A DNA stretch of 64,000 bases from Candidatus Dadabacteria bacterium. Its GTDB lineage: Bacteria; Desulfobacterota_D; UBA1144; Nemesobacterales; Nemesobacteraceae. The number at the start of each line of letters is the position of its first letter. The stretch's first letter is position 1. The translations under genes were made by a program, and so were the position numbers. The notes under the pieces were generated by a model. The model was given only the letters and a program-made list of their open reading frames with translations. It ran no database searches and was not told the origin of the DNA. The stretch spans positions 129,455 to 193,454 of the forward strand of contig JAJDTG010000022.1 in NCBI GenBank assembly GCA_022827275.1, in the 5' to 3' direction. Shown here one piece after another: positions 8,801 through 16,830 of the stretch.

Positions 8801-10520
8801 CGAACCATTCTGTCAATTTGCTCTCTAATTTTTCAAACGTTGGTGAGTCTGCTTGATAAAGGTTGTCTAAAAGCAGAAGTCCTAAGGAATGTGCAAGAAT
8901 GGAAGGTATAATTTCAAAATTCCCTGACTCGTTACGTGTAGTGAAACGGCCGTCAATTATTTCACTTAGTCGTTGATAAACTTGATTTTCACTAAGATCT
9001 GAGCGTTCTAAAGTTTGGCCAAGAGACCTAGACGAAAACTCTCGTATGCCGCTCCTATGCTCTTGTGCGATTTCCCTTAGCCATTCTTTCCACTCGTTTT
9101 CGCTGAATGATTTCCCTGCCCGTTCACCCAAAGAATCTCGCCCATATTCCCAGAGTAGTCTGTGTATTGTTAACTCGCCTGGTTCAAGCAACTTTTCCCG
9201 CAATCTGATTACAAGCCTGAAGAGACGAGGATTCCGTGCGAGTTCAATAACATCGGGATGCAAATCGGCTCGGGTTAATTCTTCAAGTTTGAGCATCTGA
9301 TCAAGCTCTCCTTCAGGTTCTATATCGAAAGGTCCAACGTCAACATGTTTTGGTTTAAAGACAAGGTCACGAAATTTCGATAATCTCTCCTCAAAATAAT
9401 GATTACGCGTGCTGATAATCACTCTCACTCGCCCTATGAATTTTTCTTTCTGCAAAACTTTCAGAAGTTTTAACCATTTAACGGAAGGTTCTTGGTTTAA
9501 TCCGTCAAAGAAGAGGGTTAAAACAGGTCCTTCATCCATTGGACGTTTAAGCAGCCTATTTAGGCGGTGTAACCAATGTTTTGAATCTTGTACTTGGGTA
9601 ATTTCGTAGAGGCAATTAGCCAGTAATTCTTTCACGGTTGTTTCGGAAACATCGCCAGTTGGCATTGAGGATGAAGCTATAGTCAAAATGATTGGTTGAT
9701 TGTGCTTGTTATCAATTATCCAGTGGAGCGTTGCCCATGTTTTCCCCACACCCTCATATCCGACTACTGTGACCGGAGTTTCTTTTTCCGGGTTTTGCCA
9801 CCATGAAGTCAGTTCATTATGAACAGAGATACGTTTAATTTTTTTGGCTTCGGTTCCGCCAGCAGTGTTCTGTCCGAGTTCAGCGGTTGCTTCTTGTGGA
9901 GAGTTCCAGATCTTTTCGAGTTTTTCGTGAGATGCTTCTCTTAATATTTCAAATCCCAAGCACCAAGATTGCAAATCACGGTTTAGCTTTTCAATAGTGT
10001 CTCCTAAAACTGGTCTAAGCTTCCGTGCTAATACTCCAGCTTCCTTCGAGAACTTCGACTCAACTATGTCAGGGGCATAAGCGCACAATCCAGCAAGCGG
10101 TGTCAACTCATTACCCTTTGGCCAATCAAGAATTAATATAGGTACACCTGTTTCTTTGCCTTTAAGAAATAGTGAGTGTCGTATTTGCTCTGAGACACTA
10201 CCTGTTGTAATTAACACCCAAGCTTCTAGAGCTTCATCTCGGTCTAATGCTTGGTCAATTTCCCCGCGTAATTCTCTTTCATTAAGTTTCCTGGAATCAC
10301 TGTATTTTTTGCATTCTAAGCGAAACCGTCTACCTTGTTGTCCTGCCGGACCAGCATCTGCGCCATGCTGAAAACCTTTACTGGCTACAGTTATAGGTAT
10401 ATCAAGAAGGTGGCTTAGCAGAGAGGATACGAGACATTCGAATTTGAACGCATCTCCACCATTTTGAAGTTCACGCTTAAGTTCTTCCTGAAGATTTATA
10501 TTTTTTCTGCTAAGAGGCAT
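5862..10520 (-). CDS. STAND/NACHT-type P-loop NTPase with N-terminal Mrr-like PD-(D/E)xK nuclease domain and ~1150-aa helical C-terminal region (Avs / bNACHT-like antiviral candidate), 1552 aa
   Basis: N-terminus has GFQHGADAG...FRLECKKY, a D...ExK Mrr_cat-like pattern (aa 53-71, 10308-10364). Walker A is GYEGVGKT (aa 254-261, 9738-9761). Walker B is VLTLFFDGLNQE (aa ~333-344), followed by RVIISTRNHYF (NACHT-like hhhTSR). The rest is long, helix-rich and Leu-rich with no enzyme motif. Confidence 0.8.
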   Translation of the reverse strand: MPLSRKNINLQEELKRELQNGGDAFKFECLVSSLLSHLLDIPITVASKGFQHGADAGPAGQQGRRFRLECKKYSDSRKLNERELRGEIDQALDRDEALEAWVLITTGSVSEQIRHSLFLKGKETGVPILILDWPKGNELTPLAGLCAYAPDIVESKFSKEAGVLARKLRPVLGDTIEKLNRDLQSWCLGFEILREASHEKLEKIWNSPQEATAELGQNTAGGTEAKKIKRISVHNELTSWWQNPEKETPVTVVGYEGVGKTWATLHWIIDNKHNQPIILTIASSSMPTGDVSETTVKELLANCLYEITQVQDSKHWLHRLNRLLKRPMDEGPVLTLFFDGLNQEPSVKWLKLLKVLQKEKFIGRVRVIISTRNHYFEERLSKFRDLVFKPKHVDVGPFDIEPEGELDQMLKLEELTRADLHPDVIELARNPRLFRLVIRLREKLLEPGELTIHRLLWEYGRDSLGERAGKSFSENEWKEWLREIAQEHRSGIREFSSRSLGQTLERSDLSENQVYQRLSEIIDGRFTTRNESGNFEIIPSILAHSLGLLLLDNLYQADSPTFEKLESKLTEWFDPISGLDKKAEILRAAVSILVGQDHPKKSLTSGVLVTAWLQTQNVPDEHRKELVRLASNLPDALLDAVEHSNSRVYSSARNWAVRALRTIPRTNTEILSLIIKRTYLWLCVVSLDFDPKANKESEKWRSEHFRKLIGTDSSGRTNILETEIELVNHNPSFLRSTVPSIIEGFPLAEIQPVFKAAAIEFAIRSTSRIWNDMKWLCLLNEVDPDETAETLRKLSESVLCQKPESHIHPDLPSRIAALLLRLTGQEEDDNKAASIDPESLHAFSYEKDYLANPSKELFPLEKRHAETVLNNTEIKPEFRVERTEELWLDPDFQPPKSFIKKVEQAIADIDVKKLSRHRSRTEEDFLLESLEPVLARFNSNLLQNIIRQKMRSMETCSAESRYWCALSSTNHFVFTATAEATAARKLRLSSNYSNNDDEETITANRLLLMEVLDMRAQGQFDTLIQADLKYISSDFTKILLTPTSEDIDKLISRYSNGSYKQKCNLLSLLLDSKIKLSDNAWSWIENCARQEENLRKLAFNILTHSNPKRFGKTLENNNWSWHPKKDLWVNHYGTLALTEATLSSSFDKLIARLAPWLLLKVACRRGSNQREIRLAAKELDQMLITNDIKKLDPGSIISVDRFKKKSPPGSFSIALRPPSNEVENLRQIFDSELRTKKLNEAIRAAKFLMPKAHSSGAILYLKDFDYRDFEPVLCHASDFVEKWLADLSNPTVEFIHRILLAEGAFLALCEALLIHNPERGVKLWRILRTILETRYYGAADVEDLLHMVFRVPDSPEVTALQEELTELKNCHTDRDLFDIVIAASYNGKADWIDALISEDQASPLSWRQRRAIILAGFTQNNQLPVVGAWPEGEMKTIHSSLRWKSARQRWIEACAKHWWKAFLDAPDPAQAYAAWALFLHSADRRIDTYKYTSRDKDTAKNSNSFADLKMIHVELNRSNIKRALNKKEKELEKNFLGQRTANNMGPWFNQVD

Positions 10521-10757
10521 GGCAGTGTGGTAATTCTATTTACAGCGGAGTTCATAGAGGAATTATTGCTTTTTTCTCAGTTGAATTATGATAATTAAAC
10601 CGAACAGTTATTGCGAGTTGGAAAATTAGTAACCACGAGATATTTTATTCTTGATTTTTTTTGCGAAATTAGTACCCACTTAGAGGCGAAGCGTATTCTC
10701 GGGGAATTTCCATCTAACTACTGCAGAATTTACAAAGTAACCACGAAGATTCCCATG

Positions 10758-10786
10758 TTGCCTGTCAGCTTGTTATTAAGTATATA
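10758..10786 (+). promoter_or_regulatory. Candidate sigma70-type promoter of carB (TTGCCT-17 nt-TATATA)
   Basis: TTGCCT at 10758-10763, 17-nt spacer, TATATA at 10781-10786, about 30 nt upstream of the carB ATG. Sequence pattern only. Confidence 0.35.
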
Positions 10787-10816
10787 TTTGCAACCTGTTG
10801 CAAGCTTTTCCGTTCC

Positions 10817-13800
10817 ATGCCCAAGCGAACTGACATAAAAACCATAATGGTCATCGGTTCCGGTCCGATAGTCATAGGACAGGCCTGCGAGTTCGATTAT
10901 TCGGGCACTCAGGCGTGCAAGGTACTGAAAGAAGAGGGCTACAGGGTGGTTCTGGTAAACAGCAACCCGGCCACCATAATGACCGACCCGGACTTTGCCG
11001 ACAAGACTTACATAGAGCCGCTCGTTCCCGAAATACTGGAAAAAATAATAAAGAAGGAAAAGCCCGACGCCCTTCTGCCCACAATAGGCGGACAGACGGC
11101 CCTTAACCTCGCAGTTTCGCTTGCCGAATCAGGCGCGCTCGAGCGCCACGGCGTGGAACTCATAGGCGCAAAAATCCCTGCCATAAATAAGGCGGAGAAC
11201 AGGGATCTTTTCAAAAAAGCCATAGCTGACATAGGTCTTGAGGTGCCGAGAAGCGGCATCGCGCATAACATGGAAGAGGCCTGGGACGTCGTGGAGGAAA
11301 TAGGGTTCCCGGTCATCATACGGCCTTCTTTTACCCTCGGGGGAACCGGCGGAAGCGTCGCCTACAACAGGGAGGAATTCCAGGAGTTCGCCAAGGCGGG
11401 AATCGAAAGCTCTCCGGCAGACGAGATACTCATAGAGGAATCCATAGTGGGGTGGAAGGAGTTTGAGTACGAGGTGATGCGGGACCACATGGATAACGTC
11501 GTCATAATCTGCTCCATAGAGAATTTCGACGCCATGGGCGTTCACACGGGAGACAGCATAACTGTTGCTCCCGCGCAGACCCTTACCGACAAGGAATACC
11601 AGCATATGCGCGACGCGTCCATAGCGATAATAAGGGAAATCGGCGTTGAAACCGGCGGCTCTAACATCCAGTTTGCCGTTAACCCAAAAGACGGGAGGAT
11701 GATGGTAATAGAGATGAACCCGAGGGTTTCGCGAAGCTCAGCGCTTGCCTCAAAAGCCACCGGGTTTCCAATCGCCAAGATAGCCGCGAAGCTTGCGGTC
11801 GGCTATTCGCTTGATGAGATCTCAAACGACATAACGAAATATACCCCCGCGTCTTTCGAACCGACGATAGATTACGTTGTGGTGAAAATACCCAGATTCA
11901 CTTTTGAGAAATTTCCGCAGACAAGCCCGACCCTCACCACACAGATGAAATCCGTGGGGGAAGCCATGTCCATGGGGAGAACCTTCAAGGAGTCACTGCA
12001 GAAAGCGATGAGATCTCTTGAGATAGATTCCTACGGTTTCGAGAAGATGTCTGATGACCCCGAGGAAGTGAGGGAGAAGCTCAGGGTTCCTTCTCCGCGG
12101 CGGCTCTGGTACATAGCCGATGCGTTTCGGCTGGGCATGGAGTTGGAGGAAATCTACTCGATTTCTCATGTGGACCCTTGGTTTCTTCGGAACATAAAGC
12201 AGATTGTCGATTTCGAGTCGGATATTGCGAAGGACGGGCTTAGCCACGAGACCATACTCCAGGCCAAGCGTTACGGTTTTTCGGACATCGAGATCGCCAG
12301 GATTCTTTCCACGGAAGAAAGGGAAGTGAGGGATTTCCGCCTGCGCGAGGGAATCGAACCTGCTTTTAAGATGGTTGATACCTGCGCTGCTGAGTTCGAG
12401 GCCTACACGCCTTATCTCTACTCGACTTTCGAGAGCGAAAGCGAAGCGCTTCCCACGGACAGGAAAAAAGTGGTGATACTCGGCGGGGGGCCGAACCGCA
12501 TAGGCCAGGGCATAGAGTTTGACTACTGCTGTGTGCATGCGTCTTTTGCGCTCCGGGAAGAAGGGTACGAGGCCATTATGGTTAACTGCAACCCCGAGAC
12601 CGTGAGCACGGATTACGACACCTCGGACAGGCTTTATTTCGAACCGCTTACGCTTGAAGACACTCTGGCTCTTATAAGAAGGGAAGATCCTTGGGGAGTC
12701 ATAGTTCACCTTGGAGGCCAGACCCCACTTCGCCTGGCACTCGCGCTTGAAGAGCAGGGGGTGAGAATAATAGGAACTTCCCCAGAGAGCATAGACCTTG
12801 CCGAGGACAGAGACAGGTTCAGGAAACTCGTTTCGGATCTGGGACTTCTTCAGCCCCAAAGCGATACCGCTAGAAGCGAGGGGGAAGCCATTGGCATAGC
12901 CCGCGAAATAGGATATCCGGTCATGGTCCGCCCGTCCTACGTTCTGGGCGGCCGTGCCATGGAAATAGTCTACGACGAGGAATCTCTTCGGACCTATATA
13001 CGGGAAGCCGCAAGCGTTTCGCCGAATCACCCGATACTGATAGACAAGTTTCTGAAGGATGCGAATGAAATCGATGTGGACGCGGTTTGCGACGGGAAAA
13101 CCGTTGTTGTGGGAGGGGTGCTTGAGCACATAGAGGAAGCGGGGGTTCATTCCGGAGACAGCGCGGCGATTCTGCCGCCGTTTTCGATGGAACCTGAAAT
13201 TGTCGAGGAAATAAAATCCCAGACGAAAAAACTCGCCCTCTCTCTGGATGTAAAAGGACTTGTTAACATCCAGTTTGCGGTAAAGGACGGGAAGGTCTAC
13301 ATAATCGAGGTAAATCCAAGAGCCAGCCGCACCGTTCCTTTCGTGAGCAAGGCCATAGGGGTTCAATTGGCCAAAATAGGGACCAAGATTATGACGGGAA
13401 AATCTCTTGAGGAACTCGGCTATACGGAGGAAATCGTCCCTGAGCACTACTGCGTAAAGGAATCGGTCTTTCCTTTCGTCAAGTTCCCGGAGGTTGACAC
13501 GATTCTGGGCCCGGAGATGAAATCGACCGGCGAGGTAATGGGAATTGCTCCCGACCTTGATCAGGCGTTCGCCAAATCACAGATCGCGGCCGGCAACAGC
13601 CTTCCTTCAGACGGCGTGGCCTTCATAAGCGTGAAAGACGAGGATAAGTCCGACAAGATGCTTGATATAGCCCGGAGGCTCAGCGATATAGGTTTTGATA
13701 TAATGGCTACCGGGGGCACATCTGAATTTCTCAATAAAAATGGTATATTTTCCCGAACGGTGAACAAGGTTAAGCAGGGCCGGCCCCACATAGTCGATCA

Positions 13801-14005
13801 CCTTAAAAACGGTGAGGTGCAGTTGGTTATAAATACCACTTTTGGGAAAAAGGAAATCGCGCAGTCATATTCGATAAGAAGAACCGCGCTTGTAAACAAT
13901 GTTCCTTATTTCACCACCCTTGCCGGTGCGGTCGCCGGAGTCGGTGCTATCGAGGCCTTGGTGAGAATCGGTCTCGACGTAAGGGCTTTGCAAAGCTACT
14001 ATTAA
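10817..14005 (+). CDS. carB: Carbamoyl-phosphate synthase large subunit
   Basis: 1062 aa. [35 protein letters not shown]..., duplicated ATP-grasp halves (second half [23 protein letters not shown]) and a C-terminal MGS-like domain. Confidence 0.97.
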   Translation: MPKRTDIKTIMVIGSGPIVIGQACEFDYSGTQACKVLKEEGYRVVLVNSNPATIMTDPDFADKTYIEPLVPEILEKIIKKEKPDALLPTIGGQTALNLAVSLAESGALERHGVELIGAKIPAINKAENRDLFKKAIADIGLEVPRSGIAHNMEEAWDVVEEIGFPVIIRPSFTLGGTGGSVAYNREEFQEFAKAGIESSPADEILIEESIVGWKEFEYEVMRDHMDNVVIICSIENFDAMGVHTGDSITVAPAQTLTDKEYQHMRDASIAIIREIGVETGGSNIQFAVNPKDGRMMVIEMNPRVSRSSALASKATGFPIAKIAAKLAVGYSLDEISNDITKYTPASFEPTIDYVVVKIPRFTFEKFPQTSPTLTTQMKSVGEAMSMGRTFKESLQKAMRSLEIDSYGFEKMSDDPEEVREKLRVPSPRRLWYIADAFRLGMELEEIYSISHVDPWFLRNIKQIVDFESDIAKDGLSHETILQAKRYGFSDIEIARILSTEEREVRDFRLREGIEPAFKMVDTCAAEFEAYTPYLYSTFESESEALPTDRKKVVILGGGPNRIGQGIEFDYCCVHASFALREEGYEAIMVNCNPETVSTDYDTSDRLYFEPLTLEDTLALIRREDPWGVIVHLGGQTPLRLALALEEQGVRIIGTSPESIDLAEDRDRFRKLVSDLGLLQPQSDTARSEGEAIGIAREIGYPVMVRPSYVLGGRAMEIVYDEESLRTYIREAASVSPNHPILIDKFLKDANEIDVDAVCDGKTVVVGGVLEHIEEAGVHSGDSAAILPPFSMEPEIVEEIKSQTKKLALSLDVKGLVNIQFAVKDGKVYIIEVNPRASRTVPFVSKAIGVQLAKIGTKIMTGKSLEELGYTEEIVPEHYCVKESVFPFVKFPEVDTILGPEMKSTGEVMGIAPDLDQAFAKSQIAAGNSLPSDGVAFISVKDEDKSDKMLDIARRLSDIGFDIMATGGTSEFLNKNGIFSRTVNKVKQGRPHIVDHLKNGEVQLVINTTFGKKEIAQSYSIRRTALVNNVPYFTTLAGAVAGVGAIEALVRIGLDVRALQSYY

Positions 14006-14043
14006 TCCGAGTGGGGTATTGTTGAGGTGAGGAGGAGATATTA

Positions 14044-14520
14044 ATGAGTGTCCAAAGAGTTTTAATTACCCCCGATGGTTGGAAAAAGCTTCGGGACGAA
14101 CTGCGCAGGTTAAAAACCGTCGAAAGACAGGAAGTAATCAAGCTTATAGAATATGCGAGATCCCTCGGGGATCTTTCCGAAAATGCCGAGTATGAGACTG
14201 CCAAGCAGAAACAGTCATTCATAGAGGGAAGGATACAGGAAATAGAAGACCGCCTTGGTCGCGCCGAAGTAATTGACCCAGAGAAGATCACTGCCCGGGA
14301 CAGAGTGGTTTTCGGTCTTACGGTTACGGTGGAGGATATTGATTCCGGGGACATAAAAAAGTACAAGCTTGTGGGAGAGGATGAATCCGAGCCCGAAAAT
14401 GGTTTTATATCGGTTACTTCTCCGGTCGGGAGCGCGCTTATCGGAAAGAGAGTCGATGACGAGATACAGGTCAGGGCTCCCGGAGGAATTAAGGAATTTC
14501 TGGTTATTAATATAGAATAA
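14044..14520 (+). CDS. greA: Transcription elongation factor GreA
   Basis: 158 aa. LITPDGWKKLRDELRRLK...GDLSENAEYETAKQKQSFIEGRI motif. Strong GGAGG SD upstream. Confidence 0.93.
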   Translation: MSVQRVLITPDGWKKLRDELRRLKTVERQEVIKLIEYARSLGDLSENAEYETAKQKQSFIEGRIQEIEDRLGRAEVIDPEKITARDRVVFGLTVTVEDIDSGDIKKYKLVGEDESEPENGFISVTSPVGSALIGKRVDDEIQVRAPGGIKEFLVINIE

Positions 14521-14529
14521 TCTTTTGGT

Positions 14530-15108
14530 ATGGGCAGGCCGGTTGACAATCTCAAGAAATTCATACTGTTTTCAATTGTTTTCCATGTTCTTATATCTTT
14601 TGCTTGGGGAAAGATTGTCGTGCAAAAAAGCGTTCCCGTATACGGCGATCATATACAGGTTTCCCTAAGGCATTTTGAATTCAAAAAGCCCGAACCCGCA
14701 AAAAAAGTCGTAAAGAGAAAAAAGGTTGTTAAAAAGAAGAAAGAAAAAGTCGAAAAAGTAAAAAAGCGGGATGACTCCCTGGCGCTTAAAAAGGAAGCAA
14801 AACCCGCCCCGGAGGAGCAACCCGAAGAGAGTTATGCCGTCGCGAGGCCGTCTTACGGTTTTACCCCGAGGCCCGGCTATCCCGCGGTTGCCATAAGACG
14901 CGGTTACGAGGGCAGCGTGTTGCTTAATGTGCATGTGCTTCCAAACGGGGAGCCCAAGGAGGTAACTATCTCCAAATCCTCGGGCCACAAGGTTCTTGAT
15001 AATGCCGCTTTGAAGGCTGTAAAAAGGTGGAAATTTGTCCCGGCGCAAAGAGGCTTCAAAGCGGTCTCAAGCTGGGTCAAGGTTCCTATAGAGTTTCGCC
15101 TGGAATGA
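14530..15108 (+). CDS. TonB-family energy-transducer-like protein
   Basis: N-terminal TM helix, K/E/P-rich spacer, and a C-terminal TonB-type domain (YPAVAIRRGYEGSVLLNVHVLPNGEPKEVTISKSSGHKVLDNAALKAVKRWKFVPA). Confidence 0.8.
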   Translation: MGRPVDNLKKFILFSIVFHVLISFAWGKIVVQKSVPVYGDHIQVSLRHFEFKKPEPAKKVVKRKKVVKKKKEKVEKVKKRDDSLALKKEAKPAPEEQPEESYAVARPSYGFTPRPGYPAVAIRRGYEGSVLLNVHVLPNGEPKEVTISKSSGHKVLDNAALKAVKRWKFVPAQRGFKAVSSWVKVPIEFRLE

Positions 15109-15172
15109 TATTTAGCCATCTGCCGGGAGTCTGCGGGATTTTCTTTCGGGTGCGGGAATTCTTGTTTTTTTC

Positions 15173-15661
15173 ATGAGAAATTATCTGAGCGTATTCGTTA
15201 TATCTTTTCTGGTAGTATCGTTTGACCAGCTGACCAAGTGGCTTGTTAAAGACCACGTGCCGTTTCTATCAAGAATAAACGTGTTTTCATGGTTCGATAT
15301 AACGCATTTGCGAAATCCGGGAATCGCGTTTGGCATGTTAAGAAACATGTCCGAGGATCTAAGACTTTACTTCTATATAGTTGTTTTCGTTTTGGTGCTG
15401 GTCGTGATTTTTTTCTTTCTTCGCAGACTTGAAGAGGAGCAGAGGGTTTTTCGATATGCGATTGCCTTGGTGCTGGGGGGAGCCATTGGAAACTCAATAG
15501 ACAGGTTTACCTATGGATACGTGACCGATTTCATTGCAGTCTACTGGCCGGGGAACCCGGACCTTCTCTGGCCCCCTTTTAACGTGGCTGACTCTGCGAT
15601 CACGATCGGGGCAATTTCGATCTTGATTTCCGGAGTCGTGTGGCGAGGCAAGGAGAGTTGA
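15173..15661 (+). CDS. lspA: Lipoprotein signal peptidase (signal peptidase II)
   Basis: 162 aa, four hydrophobic segments. Motifs FDQLTKWLV, NPGIAFG, GGAIGNSIDR, VTDFI, FNVADSAI. Confidence 0.92.
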   Translation: MRNYLSVFVISFLVVSFDQLTKWLVKDHVPFLSRINVFSWFDITHLRNPGIAFGMLRNMSEDLRLYFYIVVFVLVLVVIFFFLRRLEEEQRVFRYAIALVLGGAIGNSIDRFTYGYVTDFIAVYWPGNPDLLWPPFNVADSAITIGAISILISGVVWRGKES

Positions 15662-16294
15662 ATGTTTAGCGGTATAGTTGAAGACATTGGAGCTGTGGGG
15701 GCGCTTGAAAAAAAGGACAAAGGCGTTCTTTTAAGAATCGGGGTTCGGAAGATTGATGCCGGGGAACTGGATCTGGGAGAGAGCGTAGCCGTAAACGGCG
15801 TGTGCCTTACGGTGGTTTCTGTGGAAGACGGGAGTTTTTCCGTTGACGCATCCCACGAAACGCTTTCCAGGACAAACCTTTCTGGCCTCCGGACGGGAAG
15901 CGGAGTAAATCTTGAGAGATCTCTTCGGGTCGGAGACAGGATGGGCGGGCATATAGTTACGGGCCATGTGGACGGAGTCGGGGTAGTTCAGTCCATTACT
16001 CCGGTAGGAGAGTCCAGGGTTTTTTCCTTCTCGATTTCCGCAGTTCTTGCGAAGTATGTGGTCGAGAAGGGCTCGGTCGCCGTTGATGGCGTAAGTCTCA
16101 CCGTCAATTCGGTGAAGGACACCGAGTTTTCGGTGAACATAATTCCCTACACGCTTCGGGAGACAACTTTTTCTGAATTTCGCCGGGGCAGTGAAGTTAA
16201 CATCGAGTGCGACATAATAGGCAAGTACGTCGAGAAAATGCTTTCCGGCGCAAACGTCTCCGCCGAGGGTTCTGCCGTCGGGAGAAAATTGTAG
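15662..16294 (+). CDS. ribE: Riboflavin synthase (alpha chain)
   Basis: MFSGIVEDIGAV... with two internally repeated lumazine-binding halves (NGVCLTV / DGVSLTV). ATG overlaps the lspA stop (TGAATG). Confidence 0.92.
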   Translation: MFSGIVEDIGAVGALEKKDKGVLLRIGVRKIDAGELDLGESVAVNGVCLTVVSVEDGSFSVDASHETLSRTNLSGLRTGSGVNLERSLRVGDRMGGHIVTGHVDGVGVVQSITPVGESRVFSFSISAVLAKYVVEKGSVAVDGVSLTVNSVKDTEFSVNIIPYTLRETTFSEFRRGSEVNIECDIIGKYVEKMLSGANVSAEGSAVGRKL

Positions 16295-16300
16295 GTTGAC

Positions 16301-16813
16301 TTGAGCGAAAAACGACATATTTTCCTTACGGGGTTTATGGGAGCGGGTAAAACAAGCGTCGGCAAGGAACTTTCCAGAGAACTGCAGATGGATTTCTATG
16401 ATCTTGACGGTGAGGTGGAACGGGCCGAAGGTCTTTCTGTAACCGGGATATTTGAAGCGGGAGGGGAGGAGAGTTTCAGGCAGAAGGAGACAGAGATGCT
16501 CGCCGCTCTTTCGCAGAAAACATCCCCGGCGGTGATCTCAACGGGGGGAGGTGCGGTTCTGCGACGACAGAACCGCGAGATAATGAATGCTTCGGGCAAG
16601 GTCTTCTATCTGCGGGCGGATGTCGATACCCTTTGGGACAGGGTAAGACGCGGGAAGGGAAGGCCGCTTCTTGAGGTCAAGGATCCGCGTGCCGAGTTCC
16701 ATGAGATCTTCATGAGAAGAAAGGATATTTACGAACTCTCGCCACATGTTGTTTTTACGGATGATATTAGTGTCTCTGAAGTTGCTGATAAAATAATCGG
16801 AATGCTTGAATGA
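16301..16813 (+). CDS. aroK: Shikimate kinase
   Basis: 170 aa. P-loop GFMGAGKTSVGKELS and STGGGAV motif. TTG start. Confidence 0.88.
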   Translation: MSEKRHIFLTGFMGAGKTSVGKELSRELQMDFYDLDGEVERAEGLSVTGIFEAGGEESFRQKETEMLAALSQKTSPAVISTGGGAVLRRQNREIMNASGKVFYLRADVDTLWDRVRRGKGRPLLEVKDPRAEFHEIFMRRKDIYELSPHVVFTDDISVSEVADKIIGMLE

Positions 16814-16830
16814 AGTTGGAGGCTTTGACT

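Larger units (their letters stand above)
545..10816. other. Accessory defence-type islet (three genes, no mobility gene) between thiC and carB
   Basis: Bounded by unambiguous housekeeping genes. Contains only one orphan ORF, an RM-type nuclease-methyltransferase fusion and a nuclease-STAND ATPase. Looks AT-richer than the flanks by eye. No SD sequences before its genes. Confidence 0.7.

Noticed and set aside
10581-10600. ARG-box-like sequence (TTGAATTATGATAATTAAAC) upstream of carB
   Set aside because: Only one half-site (TGAAT) matches the consensus I remember, and the second half deviates. The sequence is AT-rich and more than 200 bp from the carB start.
11993-13447. 484-aa minus-strand ORF inside carB (also 11129..11605 and 11008..11319 on the minus strand)
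   Set aside because: It lies entirely antisense to the unambiguous carB reading frame. The R/F/L/P-rich composition is typical of shadow ORFs, and there is no motif or start context.
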